DNA of 64,000 bases from Deltaproteobacteria bacterium (GTDB taxonomy: Bacteria; Desulfobacterota; GWC2-55-46): NCBI GenBank assembly GCA_016234855.1, contig JACRNO010000079.1, positions 3,503 through 67,502 on the forward strand, given 5' to 3'. A program made the translations under genes and the position numbers. Each line of letters starts with the position of its first letter. Within the stretch, counting starts at the first letter, position 1. Below are positions 9,990 to 18,060 of this stretch, piece after piece. The notes under the pieces were generated by a model. The model did not search any database. It saw only the letters and a list, made by a program, of their open reading frames with translations, and was not told the origin of the DNA.

Positions 9990-10380
9990 TACCCCTTCTC
10001 CCCTATGGGGAGAAGGTCGGGATGAGGGGTTGTGAGGGAGCAGAAAGCGACAGGTTGGATTGAGCTAAGCGAAGCCGCATCTACGAGTTTTTCGGCGGGT
10101 TCAGGTTTGTAACCTGAACCGTTTATTACGTAATTGCAAAGTATGCGTCGTTTTTCTGAGTACGAACTCAGGGGTTCAAGTTATAAACTTGAACCCGCAG
10201 TAGATACGGATTGTGGAAGAGCGGGCGTGACCCGTTCTACACCTTAAAAACCTGCGGTATTTACCCCCCTGATAAGGGGGGCAAGGGGGGGTTAAAACCG
10301 TTGGCATACAGGATTTGATGAGCATAGTCATGCGACGCTGAGTAAACCCCCTAAATCCCCCTTATCAGGGGGACTTTACC
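9990..10380. repeat. block of about seven stable hairpins and short palindromic repeats inserted between moxR and the DUF58 gene
   Basis: Hairpins read directly from the sequence: ccttctcccc-tat-ggggagaagg at 9993-10015; gggttcaggtt..aacctgaacc at about 10097-10120; gggttcaagtt-tata-aacttgaaccc at about 10165-10190; cccccctgataagggggg at 10264-10281; and its palindromic partner cccccttatcaggggg at 10357-10372. Confidence 0.6.
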
Positions 10381-10394
10381 GATAACCATTTATT

Positions 10395-11459
10395 ATGAAC
10401 CTCCGCCCTACCCTATCCGTCCCCCTGCCCTGGCTCACCATATTTATAGGCAGGGCATTCGGCAAGGACAAGCCGCCTGCGGCTAAGCGCGGCGGCATAC
10501 GCGCCATGCTCAAACCCCCGCGCTCGCTCTCTGTAACGCGCGAGGGAAAGTGGTATATTGGCATACTCTTTCTGATAGGCATAGCCGCCATAAATACCGG
10601 CAACAACCTCCTCTATCTCGTCGTCTCGATGCTCCTTGCGCTTATTGTAATCTCCGGCGTTATCTCGGAACATACGCTCAGAAGGCTCGCCGTCTCGCGC
10701 GCCTGGCCGGCCCACGTATTCAAAGACGCGCCTGCGACCGTGCGGCTTGAGATTACGAGCCGCAAACGCCGCTTGCCTACCTTCTCCGTCCACCTGAAAG
10801 AGATACCAACTGACGGGTGCGAGACGGACGGGACATTCGTATTGAGGTTAGACCCGGGTAAGACATCAACAAGGGCCGTAAGATACACCTTCACGCGCAG
10901 AGGCATTATAAAACTCAACGGCGTCAAGGTATCCACGCGCTTTCCGTTCGGTCTCTTCTTAAAGGGCAAGGAGGAGCGCTCGCCGGACGAGGTCCTGGTC
11001 TATCCGAAGATAGACCAGAAACTGCGTCTGCGCGTTGATGAAGCGGCCCATGCGCAAGACGGGTCTCGTGTCTCTGGCAAAGGCGCGGGCAGCGAGCTTT
11101 ACGGCCTACGCGAATATACCATGCAGGACCCTGCGCGGTTCATCTTTTGGAAGGCCGCGGCAAAGGCATCGAAACTATTAGTCAGAGAGTTTGAGCAGGA
11201 TAGCGAGAAGAGGATTACGATAATATTCGAGAACTTCCAATCGTCCGACCCGGCCGTATTCGAGCGGCTCGTTGACGAGGCCGCATCCACAGTCGATTAT
11301 CTCATCGGGCGCGGCTTTAGCGTCGGCATAAAAACCCTTTCAACCGAAATCAAGCCAGCTCCGGGAGCGGCCCAGCTCTACCCCATCCTGCGTCTGCTTG
11401 CGCTCATAGAGCCCGCGGGCCCGAACGGAGCGCCTGGCATACGGGTCATGCACGGATAA
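10395..11459 (+). CDS. DUF58 domain protein, the usual MoxR partner; N-terminal two-TM anchor
   Basis: 354 aa. Contains the DUF58 core motif (ELYGLREYTMQDPARFIFWKAAAKASKLLVREFEQD). The true start may instead be the internal ATG at 10506 (MLKPPRSLSVTREGKWYIGILFLIGIAAIN). Confidence 0.8.
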   Translation: MNLRPTLSVPLPWLTIFIGRAFGKDKPPAAKRGGIRAMLKPPRSLSVTREGKWYIGILFLIGIAAINTGNNLLYLVVSMLLALIVISGVISEHTLRRLAVSRAWPAHVFKDAPATVRLEITSRKRRLPTFSVHLKEIPTDGCETDGTFVLRLDPGKTSTRAVRYTFTRRGIIKLNGVKVSTRFPFGLFLKGKEERSPDEVLVYPKIDQKLRLRVDEAAHAQDGSRVSGKGAGSELYGLREYTMQDPARFIFWKAAAKASKLLVREFEQDSEKRITIIFENFQSSDPAVFERLVDEAASTVDYLIGRGFSVGIKTLSTEIKPAPGAAQLYPILRLLALIEPAGPNGAPGIRVMHG

Positions 11460-11463
11460 TAGT

Positions 11464-11772
11464 CTACCACGCCTTCCTTATTGCATCCAAACTCTTCAGG
11501 TAATCCTCCGCCTCAAGGTTTGCGGTAATGCCGTGTTCCTTCATCATATCGAGCATCTTTGAGATTGACACGCCCGCTATGCGCGCGGCCTTTTCTATAG
11601 ACGCCTCTCCGCTCTTGTATTTTTCCATGGCGAGCATCGCGCGTCCAAGCCCTACAAGCTCGCGCATCGTCTTTGAGACGTCCCCCTCTTCCTCTTTCGC
11701 AAGCCGGACAAGTGAACGGTAGTCGTCTTCATTCATGCGTATGCTCAGAGTTTTTACAGACATTCTACTCAC
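11464..11772 (-). CDS. antitoxin-like protein: ribbon-helix-helix N-terminus fused to a UPF0175-like C-terminus
   Basis: 102 aa. N-terminal KTLSIRMNEDDYRSLVRLAKEE is RHH-like. C-terminal EKAARIAGVSISKMLDMMKEHGI matches the UPF0175 signature. Overlaps the upstream PIN-like gene by 8 bp. Confidence 0.65.
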   Translation of the reverse strand: MSRMSVKTLSIRMNEDDYRSLVRLAKEEEGDVSKTMRELVGLGRAMLAMEKYKSGEASIEKAARIAGVSISKMLDMMKEHGITANLEAEDYLKSLDAIRKAW

Positions 11773-12268
11773 CCCCTCTTATCCGTCTTCTCGCATCCGC
11801 GATTATCGTTTTTTTATATCTTCCGACGGACTCTAATCTTTCCAACTTCAGGATGGCTTCGTTTCTATTTAAAAGCCTCTTTTCCACAGCCCTTATCAAT
11901 ACGGATATGGCGGTTATGAAATCGATTTTCAAAAACCTGCATGCCCTTATGGCGTTCCTGTCGTCAGTGGCGACAATCGCCGCCTTTCTATGATGCATGG
12001 CAAGCGCTATCGCCTCGGATTCGCCTGAGTCGATATTAAAATCATCCATAAGCTTTTGAAGCATCTTTTTCCCGTCAACCTTTGAAACCTTTATTTTGTC
12101 ATCCGCAATCAACCCGGCTATTTGCGGGGTCTCGATACTGCCCTTTTGCAAGACCTCTTCCTTGACTTTTTCAGGTATAAGAACCTGCTTCCCATAATCG
12201 GAAATGAACGGATCAAGGATATCTATCTTCGCGAGCAGGATTAGTGTGGAGGCGTCGAAGATTATCAT
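11765..12268 (-). CDS. PIN-like toxin (DUF3368 family)
   Basis: The N-terminus MIIFDASTLILLAKIDILD and the acidic DSGESEAIALA segment are typical of DUF3368 / PIN domains. The ORF-track start at 12277 is a TTG; the first ATG is at 12268. Lower GC (~45%) than its surroundings. Confidence 0.65.
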   Translation of the reverse strand: MIIFDASTLILLAKIDILDPFISDYGKQVLIPEKVKEEVLQKGSIETPQIAGLIADDKIKVSKVDGKKMLQKLMDDFNIDSGESEAIALAMHHRKAAIVATDDRNAIRACRFLKIDFITAISVLIRAVEKRLLNRNEAILKLERLESVGRYKKTIIADARRRIRGGE

Positions 12269-12305
12269 ATATGACAATTATATGACAAGTGCAATATGCT
12301 GTCAA
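12269..12305 (-). promoter_or_regulatory. consensus sigma70 promoter plus tandem operator repeats for the toxin-antitoxin operon
   Basis: On the minus strand: TTGACA-17 nt-TATAAT, i.e. cattttcTTGACAgcatattgcacttgtcaTATAATtgtcatatATG. Two direct repeats of TTGTCATATA spaced 11 bp apart overlap the -10 element and the start codon. The transcript would be essentially leaderless. Confidence 0.6.
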
Positions 12306-12310
12306 GAAAA

Positions 12311-12359
12311 TGCCAAAAAATGCCCCGTCATCCCCTCAAATACAAGGGCATGACGGGGC
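12311..12359 (-). terminator. rho-independent terminator after the DUF3570 gene
   Basis: 14-bp stem with one mismatch (gccccgtcatgccc / gggatgacggggc). On the minus strand it is followed by ATTTTTTTGGCATTTT. Confidence 0.6.
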
Positions 12360-12383
12360 GGATCTCTTTTATTGCAACGGCCC

Positions 12384-13580
12384 TTAGAACGGCACCCTGA
12401 ACCCGGCCATCAGGACATGGGCGTTGACGCCGAGCGACTGATGGTAGAACTCGTACTTGCCCTCTACCGAACCCTGCTTCATAAAGGATACGATGGACGG
12501 GAGGTTGTCCTTCAGGGCGTATGTCAGTTTTACGCCTATGAGGTTCGAGTTGAAACTCTTCAACTGCGGAGAGACGCTCCGCAGGGTGTCGGCCGCCGTA
12601 TAGTCGTCCTTTTGGAAGTAGGCCTTTGACTGGGTGTAGTACCTGTAATTGAGACGCAGAACCGTGCGTTCCGAGACGGGCTTGTGCCACTCTGTCTCGC
12701 CCGTATACGACTTGATCTTCCAGTCGTCGGTATAGTAGCGGAAGTTGAACTTTATCGCGCTCCTGTCAAGGATGCCCCATCCGAGTATGTAGTGGTTTAC
12801 GCCCGCGAGATATGCGTTGCGGTCGCGCTTGCCGGGAAAAGCCTCGGTAAGACACGTCGCGCTCTCGGCAGTGCAGGTTGAGGCGGCCACGCCTGCCGTC
12901 GGGATGAGCCTTATGCCCTCGGACTGAACGCCGGAAGAGTTGGAACGCGAATACCCAACCTGCGCCACCGTAACCGGAGAAATCAACTGCGTCACCCCGA
13001 AAAAGTAGTTGTTGGTGTTGCGCTTCTCCCGTGCACCCATGAACTTGCCGTGTACCGTATCCATGTTCCGCGAATAACCGGCGGTCAGGGTGGTGTTCTT
13101 GTCGTTCAGCTCTTTTTTAAGCGTAACCGTAGGCGTATGAGAGACGTAATCCTTCTCATGGCTGTAGTCGTAGTAGACCTCGGCGCCTATTATATTATTG
13201 AAGTTATGGGTCACGCCAGCGGTGAAGTCGTGTCTGGTATCCGTGGCCTTGCTGCCGTCGGAAGATACCGCGCTCGACGCGCCGCTTGCCGCGTGAGTGG
13301 CGCCGGTTGTCACGGCATCGCCGCCGCCGACACCGTCACCTCCTCCGCCCTCGCCGCTTCCGCCCCATGCGGGGTTTATGAAGTCGACGTTGTACTTCAG
13401 ATAAGTAGAGGTCTGGAGCGATAAGTCCTTGTTCAACGCGAATACGGCGGTGTAGACGTCCACGCCGTTGTCGAACGAGTGCATATAGCCCTGCGCCGCG
13501 ACGTAGTTCTCGGCCTTTGCATTGCCCGCGAAAAGGAGCGCGGCGCTTACGGCCAGCAGGATTATTGCGCGCAAGCCCAT
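12384..13580 (-). CDS. outer-membrane beta-barrel protein, DUF3570-like
   Basis: Signal peptide MGLRAIILLAVSAALLFAGNAKA, so the start was moved to the internal ATG at 13580. Ends in a C-terminal Phe (GFRVPF). Many alternating Y/aromatic beta-strands. Lies next to a DUF4266 lipoprotein. Carries a Gly-rich insert WGGSGEGGGGDGVGGGDAVTTGATHAASGASS. Confidence 0.6.
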   Translation of the reverse strand: MGLRAIILLAVSAALLFAGNAKAENYVAAQGYMHSFDNGVDVYTAVFALNKDLSLQTSTYLKYNVDFINPAWGGSGEGGGGDGVGGGDAVTTGATHAASGASSAVSSDGSKATDTRHDFTAGVTHNFNNIIGAEVYYDYSHEKDYVSHTPTVTLKKELNDKNTTLTAGYSRNMDTVHGKFMGAREKRNTNNYFFGVTQLISPVTVAQVGYSRSNSSGVQSEGIRLIPTAGVAASTCTAESATCLTEAFPGKRDRNAYLAGVNHYILGWGILDRSAIKFNFRYYTDDWKIKSYTGETEWHKPVSERTVLRLNYRYYTQSKAYFQKDDYTAADTLRSVSPQLKSFNSNLIGVKLTYALKDNLPSIVSFMKQGSVEGKYEFYHQSLGVNAHVLMAGFRVPF

Positions 13581-13593
13581 GGCCTTGAAGCGA

Positions 13594-13812
13594 TTAATTG
13601 CAGCCACAGCCACCTCCGCTCACCCCGAAAGAGCCGGACGAACCTTCACGCGTGCCGAGGAAATGCTCGCGCACGGCCTTTTCTTCCTTGTTATAGTCAA
13701 ACTGCATTGTAGGGTCGGCCAGGTACTCGCGCTCCCACGGGTTGACATGCGTACAGCCCGCGGCCCCCATAAGCGCCACGCCGACGAGCGCAATCCGGAA
13801 GATTTTCCTCAT
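13594..13812 (-). CDS. small lipoprotein with a C-terminal GGGCGCN motif (DUF4266-like)
   Basis: 72 aa. Lipobox LMGAAGC. Conserved C-terminal ...GSFGVSGGGCGCN. Confidence 0.6.
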   Translation of the reverse strand: MRKIFRIALVGVALMGAAGCTHVNPWEREYLADPTMQFDYNKEEKAVREHFLGTREGSSGSFGVSGGGCGCN

Positions 13813-13842
13813 ACCCTCTGCTCCTTGCTATTGTAAAATGTC

Positions 13843-14367
13843 TTATTGCTTGAGAAGCCCGTCGACCTCGGTTATCCAGCTTGCCGGGTCAGACTCGTTA
13901 AAACCGAAATGGATGTAGCGCACAATACCGTTCTTGTCTATTATAAAGGAGGTCGGCATCATCCTCGCGTTATACGAGGAGACGACCTTCGAGTCAGGGT
14001 CCAGCACGACTGTAACCTTCTCCGATAGATTCGGTATCTTCGAGAGGAACTCCTCGACATGAGACCTCTGTTTGTCCACGTTTACGGCAAGCACCACCAC
14101 GTCTTTATCCCTGTACTTGGAGATAAACCTGTTTATCTCCGGGAACTCCTGCTTACAAGGCCCACACCATGACGCCCAAAAGTCCAGAAACACGACCTTG
14201 CCTTTGAAACTATCGAGCGTTACCGCCTTGTCCTTAAGGTCGTTGAGGCTTATATCCGGCGCCTTCTCATTTATCATCCCGGCATACGTTGACCCAGCCG
14301 TCATAATAACCAACAGTATGACTGCAGCAACCGCCTTCATGACCGCCGATACCTTTCTTGTAATCAT
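13843..14367 (-). CDS. TlpA/ResA-like thiol:disulfide oxidoreductase (thioredoxin fold), membrane-anchored
   Basis: 174 aa. WCGPC active site (FLDFWASWCGPCKQEFP). N-terminal signal/anchor sequence. Confidence 0.85.
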   Translation of the reverse strand: MITRKVSAVMKAVAAVILLVIMTAGSTYAGMINEKAPDISLNDLKDKAVTLDSFKGKVVFLDFWASWCGPCKQEFPEINRFISKYRDKDVVVLAVNVDKQRSHVEEFLSKIPNLSEKVTVVLDPDSKVVSSYNARMMPTSFIIDKNGIVRYIHFGFNESDPASWITEVDGLLKQ

Positions 14368-14586
14368 CTTCCTTCCTCTGACCGTCTACCAACCGTCACA
14401 CGAACAATATGGCGCATTATAGAGGCGTTACAGCCTGGCGGACAATATTACATATCAGATATTAAAGTCAGATTAGAATGTCGCGGAAGGATGAAGAATC
14501 GTATTTAAGGCTAATAAAATAGGGGGAGATGTCAAGAAACGGCCTCAAAAAGCCTTATACAGGCCCTGAACAGGATTGCTGCCAAA

Positions 14587-15906
14587 TCACACCCTGCCCC
14601 TGAACCTGTTGCCGGTTGACTCGCGTTGAAGCACAAAAACCATACCCGCAAAGGCCATCATGAGTATGCCGTGCACCTCTTCCCATAGGCCGTTGACGAG
14701 ATTTATCAAGGCATAAGAAACGAGCACGCCCACGACACTATAGACGAGCAGCCGCGCACCCTCGCCGCTGTCCTTCCCGGCCCGGGCTAACGCCCTCCAG
14801 ACGACGGCCCCCCAGAAGAAGAGAAATGCCGCAAACCCGATGATACCCACCTCGAAGAGAATCTGAAGGGTCAGGTTGTGCGGGCTTGCGCTGCCGTATC
14901 CCCTCTCGCTGAAATAGCCATACGTCCGGCTCTCCTTATCCCATCTGTCGAGCCAGCCGCCGTCCCTTACCGCATACGCAATCTTCTTCCAACCGTATCC
15001 GTATCCGATGAGCGGCCTGTCCTTTATCATATCCAGCGTCCCCTTCCAGATGGAGAGCCTGTCGGTCAGCCCCTCGTACTCGACAGACCCTGAAGCCCTG
15101 ACTGTCTTCGTTACATAGCTGTCCGGCATGACTATGGTCTTATACCTGTCAAAGGAATCGGGTTTTATAAATAACAACGCGGCGCTTATGACGGCGGTCA
15201 ACACTAACCAGGCGACAAGGGCTTTATAACGCTTTGCAAGGACGGTGATAACGGCCATTGATACGACTATGGCTATTATCTGCCCCCTGTGGTTATTTAA
15301 TATGGATAGGACGAACTCCATGGATATGATGGCGATAAATACAGCCTTCACGGCCGCCCCGTTCCTTGAAGCGTAGAGGTAAGCAAGGGCCAGAGGGATG
15401 TAAAAGGTGGCGAAGAGGGAATAGCCCTGCAGGAGCTTATCATCTCCATGCGTCGTGGCGTAAAGCCAATTCAGCAGCACGCCTGGCGGTCTCGTGAAGA
15501 CGATTGCAAGGCTCAGGACGGCAAAGCCGCTGAGCAGGGCATATACGAGCGGCCTGAGGGCTTCCATACCGTCGAACTCGTTTATGACGACGAGAAAGAC
15601 CGCAAGTTGATAGAAGAGGCCCTTCCTGAGAAAGTTGAAACTGTCAAGCGGATACGGGCTCAATACGGAGCTTATGACGCAGACCGCCGTAAGCAGGATA
15701 AGTCCCTGGATTATCCTGTCCCTGTATTCAATGCTCAGCCCCCTTTTAACGGACTTGACGCAAAAGAGGACGAGCATAATAACAAAGGCCGACTCTTTTA
15801 TGCTTGTACCGCGGCTTATGGGCTGCAAAAAGACGAAGATGAACAAAAAGACCTTTATCAGGCCGTATCTCTCTATGGCATCCACAGCCCTGTCATGGAA
15901 TCTCAT
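14587..15906 (-). CDS. O-antigen ligase / Wzy_C-family polymerase-like integral membrane protein
   Basis: 439 aa, about 10-12 transmembrane segments. Wzy_C signature RLSIWKGTLDMIKDRPLIGYGYG ... SPHNLTLQILFEVGIIGF. Confidence 0.65.
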   Translation of the reverse strand: MRFHDRAVDAIERYGLIKVFLFIFVFLQPISRGTSIKESAFVIMLVLFCVKSVKRGLSIEYRDRIIQGLILLTAVCVISSVLSPYPLDSFNFLRKGLFYQLAVFLVVINEFDGMEALRPLVYALLSGFAVLSLAIVFTRPPGVLLNWLYATTHGDDKLLQGYSLFATFYIPLALAYLYASRNGAAVKAVFIAIISMEFVLSILNNHRGQIIAIVVSMAVITVLAKRYKALVAWLVLTAVISAALLFIKPDSFDRYKTIVMPDSYVTKTVRASGSVEYEGLTDRLSIWKGTLDMIKDRPLIGYGYGWKKIAYAVRDGGWLDRWDKESRTYGYFSERGYGSASPHNLTLQILFEVGIIGFAAFLFFWGAVVWRALARAGKDSGEGARLLVYSVVGVLVSYALINLVNGLWEEVHGILMMAFAGMVFVLQRESTGNRFRGRV

Positions 15907-15938
15907 CAGACTTGCTCTCTCCCAGGCTCTCAGGCGGA

Positions 15939-16967
15939 TTATTTTCGCGCCACCGAATAGACGCTCGAACCCCGGTCAAGGGCATACGCGATATTCGACA
16001 TGAGGATATCAAACGGCGCCGCGAGCATCTTTTTTATATCCCTGAGCCGTTTTCCGCCGGCGCCCTGCCGCGCCCCAACGGCGGATATCCGGGAGTGGTC
16101 AGATGTCCTGTAACGTATGTCTATTTCTTTGGCAAGTATCTTTTGAAGCGGCCCCTTGAAACCCGGGTTTATGAGCGGCACCACGACCCTCTTGAGCATC
16201 TTTGCGAAAGGCAGCCTCAGACCGTCGTAGTCGCAATGCCTCGACGCGATAATCTTAAAACCTGCGGCCTTCAGGAGCTCATCAAGGCTCTTTTGCGAAA
16301 AATATGTTATATGCTCGACATTAAAGAGCTTCCAGGGGGTCTTCTCGAACTTCGAGCCCACGGAATATATATCGGGCGTCTCCACAACGAGACAGCCGCC
16401 GGCCTTGAGCTTTGAATAAAGGAGCCTCAAGACGCCCAGCGGGTCCTCAAAGTGCTCTATGACCTGGAAGAGGCATATCGCGTCGTAATGCGCGTCCTTA
16501 AGGGCAACGTTTTCAAGCATATCCCTGTGGACATGCAGCCCCTTTTCAACGGCCTTCAATCCGTGCCTCGATGGCTCGACACCCGTGACGTTGAACCCCC
16601 TGCCCCTGAGTTCATCGAGGAAGTGCCCTTCGGAAGCGCCTATCTCAAGGACCTCCCCTCCGGTCAAGCCGGTATGCCTCATGAAATAATCGGCGCGAAA
16701 CCCGGCCGCCCTTATAATCTTCAGCTTGTCGAAGTTGGAACGCAGGTCGGGGCCGTCATGCCCGCACGAGGAGTAATGCGCGTTAAGGATAGAGAGCGAG
16801 CCAACGCTTGCAATCTGGATGAAATCACACCGGTTGCAGCGCGATATCTCAACCTCGTCTATATAGTAGACGGGCGTGTAATCAAGACTCGCGCAGATGC
16901 GGCACGGGCGCATACCGCCCGCCGTCTCCAGCAATGCCCTTGACGTTACTGGCGTCTTTTCTCTCAT
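15939..16967 (-). CDS. class I SAM-dependent methyltransferase with an N-terminal Zn-ribbon
   Basis: 342 aa. CRICASL...CNRCDF (C-x2-C...C-x2-C). Motif I: EVLEIGASEGHFLDEL. Confidence 0.7.
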   Translation of the reverse strand: MREKTPVTSRALLETAGGMRPCRICASLDYTPVYYIDEVEISRCNRCDFIQIASVGSLSILNAHYSSCGHDGPDLRSNFDKLKIIRAAGFRADYFMRHTGLTGGEVLEIGASEGHFLDELRGRGFNVTGVEPSRHGLKAVEKGLHVHRDMLENVALKDAHYDAICLFQVIEHFEDPLGVLRLLYSKLKAGGCLVVETPDIYSVGSKFEKTPWKLFNVEHITYFSQKSLDELLKAAGFKIIASRHCDYDGLRLPFAKMLKRVVVPLINPGFKGPLQKILAKEIDIRYRTSDHSRISAVGARQGAGGKRLRDIKKMLAAPFDILMSNIAYALDRGSSVYSVARK

Positions 16968-17049
16968 AATTGAACTTCGCTGGCGCTATGGCTGTATGCC
17001 GTCATTTACGCGCGTAATGACCCGGCATACGCCGCCTCAAATCCGCAGG

Positions 17050-17529
17050 TCATATCTTGTCGAAAAAAGGTTTCAATTTATTGTAAGTCGCCTCGAGATG
17101 CTCCGGCATGACGCGCACCTCGGATAAGACCGGCATGAAGTTGCAATCGCCGTTCCATCTCGGCACGACATGGGTGTGCAGGTGGTCGACGATTCCGGCG
17201 CCCGCCGCATGCCCGACGTTCATGCCGATATTGAACCCCTGCGGCGCAAAGGCCGAAGTCAATATCGCCACGCTGAGACGCAACAGCCGGTGCATATCGG
17301 CGCCCTCGGCGTCCGTAAGGTCCTCGACCCGCCCGGTGTGGTTGACGGGCGCTATGAGTAGATGGCCGCTGTTATAAGGGTATTTGTTGAGCATGACAAC
17401 GGACGCGGCGCCCGCATACAGCACCTGCCCGTACTCGAGAGTGCCGCGGTGAGCGGCACAGAAGATACACTCCCCGTCCCTGGGGGTGTCGAAGTAGACA
17501 CTGCGCCATGGCGCCCATAATTGTTTCAT
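17050..17529 (-). CDS. HIT-family (histidine triad) hydrolase
   Basis: 159 aa. HIT motif VDHLHTHVVPR. N-terminal LWAPWR segment. Confidence 0.8.
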   Translation of the reverse strand: MKQLWAPWRSVYFDTPRDGECIFCAAHRGTLEYGQVLYAGAASVVMLNKYPYNSGHLLIAPVNHTGRVEDLTDAEGADMHRLLRLSVAILTSAFAPQGFNIGMNVGHAAGAGIVDHLHTHVVPRWNGDCNFMPVLSEVRVMPEHLEATYNKLKPFFDKI

Positions 17530-17647
17530 CGGAAGGAGACCGCCGGTTTTGATAAGACCGCCAGGATCGGCTGGCGTCAGTGTTTGCCGGATTCAAGTGC
17601 GGACAAGAGGCACGATTAGAGGTGACGCCGGATAATGCCGCCGGTTA

Positions 17648-17947
17648 TCAAGCCTCTTCTTCAGAACTCCCCGGGTTTATCCTTTCGCGTATCTCTTTAC
17701 CGGCCTTGAAAAACGGGACCCTCTTCGGCTGGATGAATATATTCTCGCCTGACTTGGGGTTACGCCCCTGCCTGCCCTCGCGCTCCTTTATCTTAAATGA
17801 GCCGAATCCGCGTATCTCGACCTTGCCGCCGTTTGCAAGACTGTCAGCCATCGACTGAAAGAGCGTATCGACGATAATCTCGATGTCTCTTCTGGAAAAC
17901 GCCGTAACCCTGGAGGATACCTTCTCAATAAGCTCGCTCTTTGTCAT
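17648..17947 (-). CDS. ihfB: integration host factor subunit beta
   Basis: 99 aa. MTKSELIEK...IRGFGSF...GRNPKSGE matches IHF-beta closely. Located downstream of rpsA, as in the E. coli cmk-rpsA-ihfB arrangement. Confidence 0.85.
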   Translation of the reverse strand: MTKSELIEKVSSRVTAFSRRDIEIIVDTLFQSMADSLANGGKVEIRGFGSFKIKEREGRQGRNPKSGENIFIQPKRVPFFKAGKEIRERINPGSSEEEA

Positions 17948-18060
17948 TCCGCCTCCTCATCATCACGAAACGCAGGGCGTTAGAATGCAGCCGCAGTCGT
18001 TTTACATTTATCGCGTCAAAACTGCCTGTCAAATTCCCGCAAGGAACGTGTCTTCTGTCT

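Noticed and set aside
16980-17010. Near-palindrome gtcatttacgcgcgtaatgac between the methyltransferase start and the HIT gene end
   Set aside because: The inverted repeat is imperfect by an offset of one base and occurs as a single copy. It could be an operator or a weak terminator, but it is too ambiguous to call.
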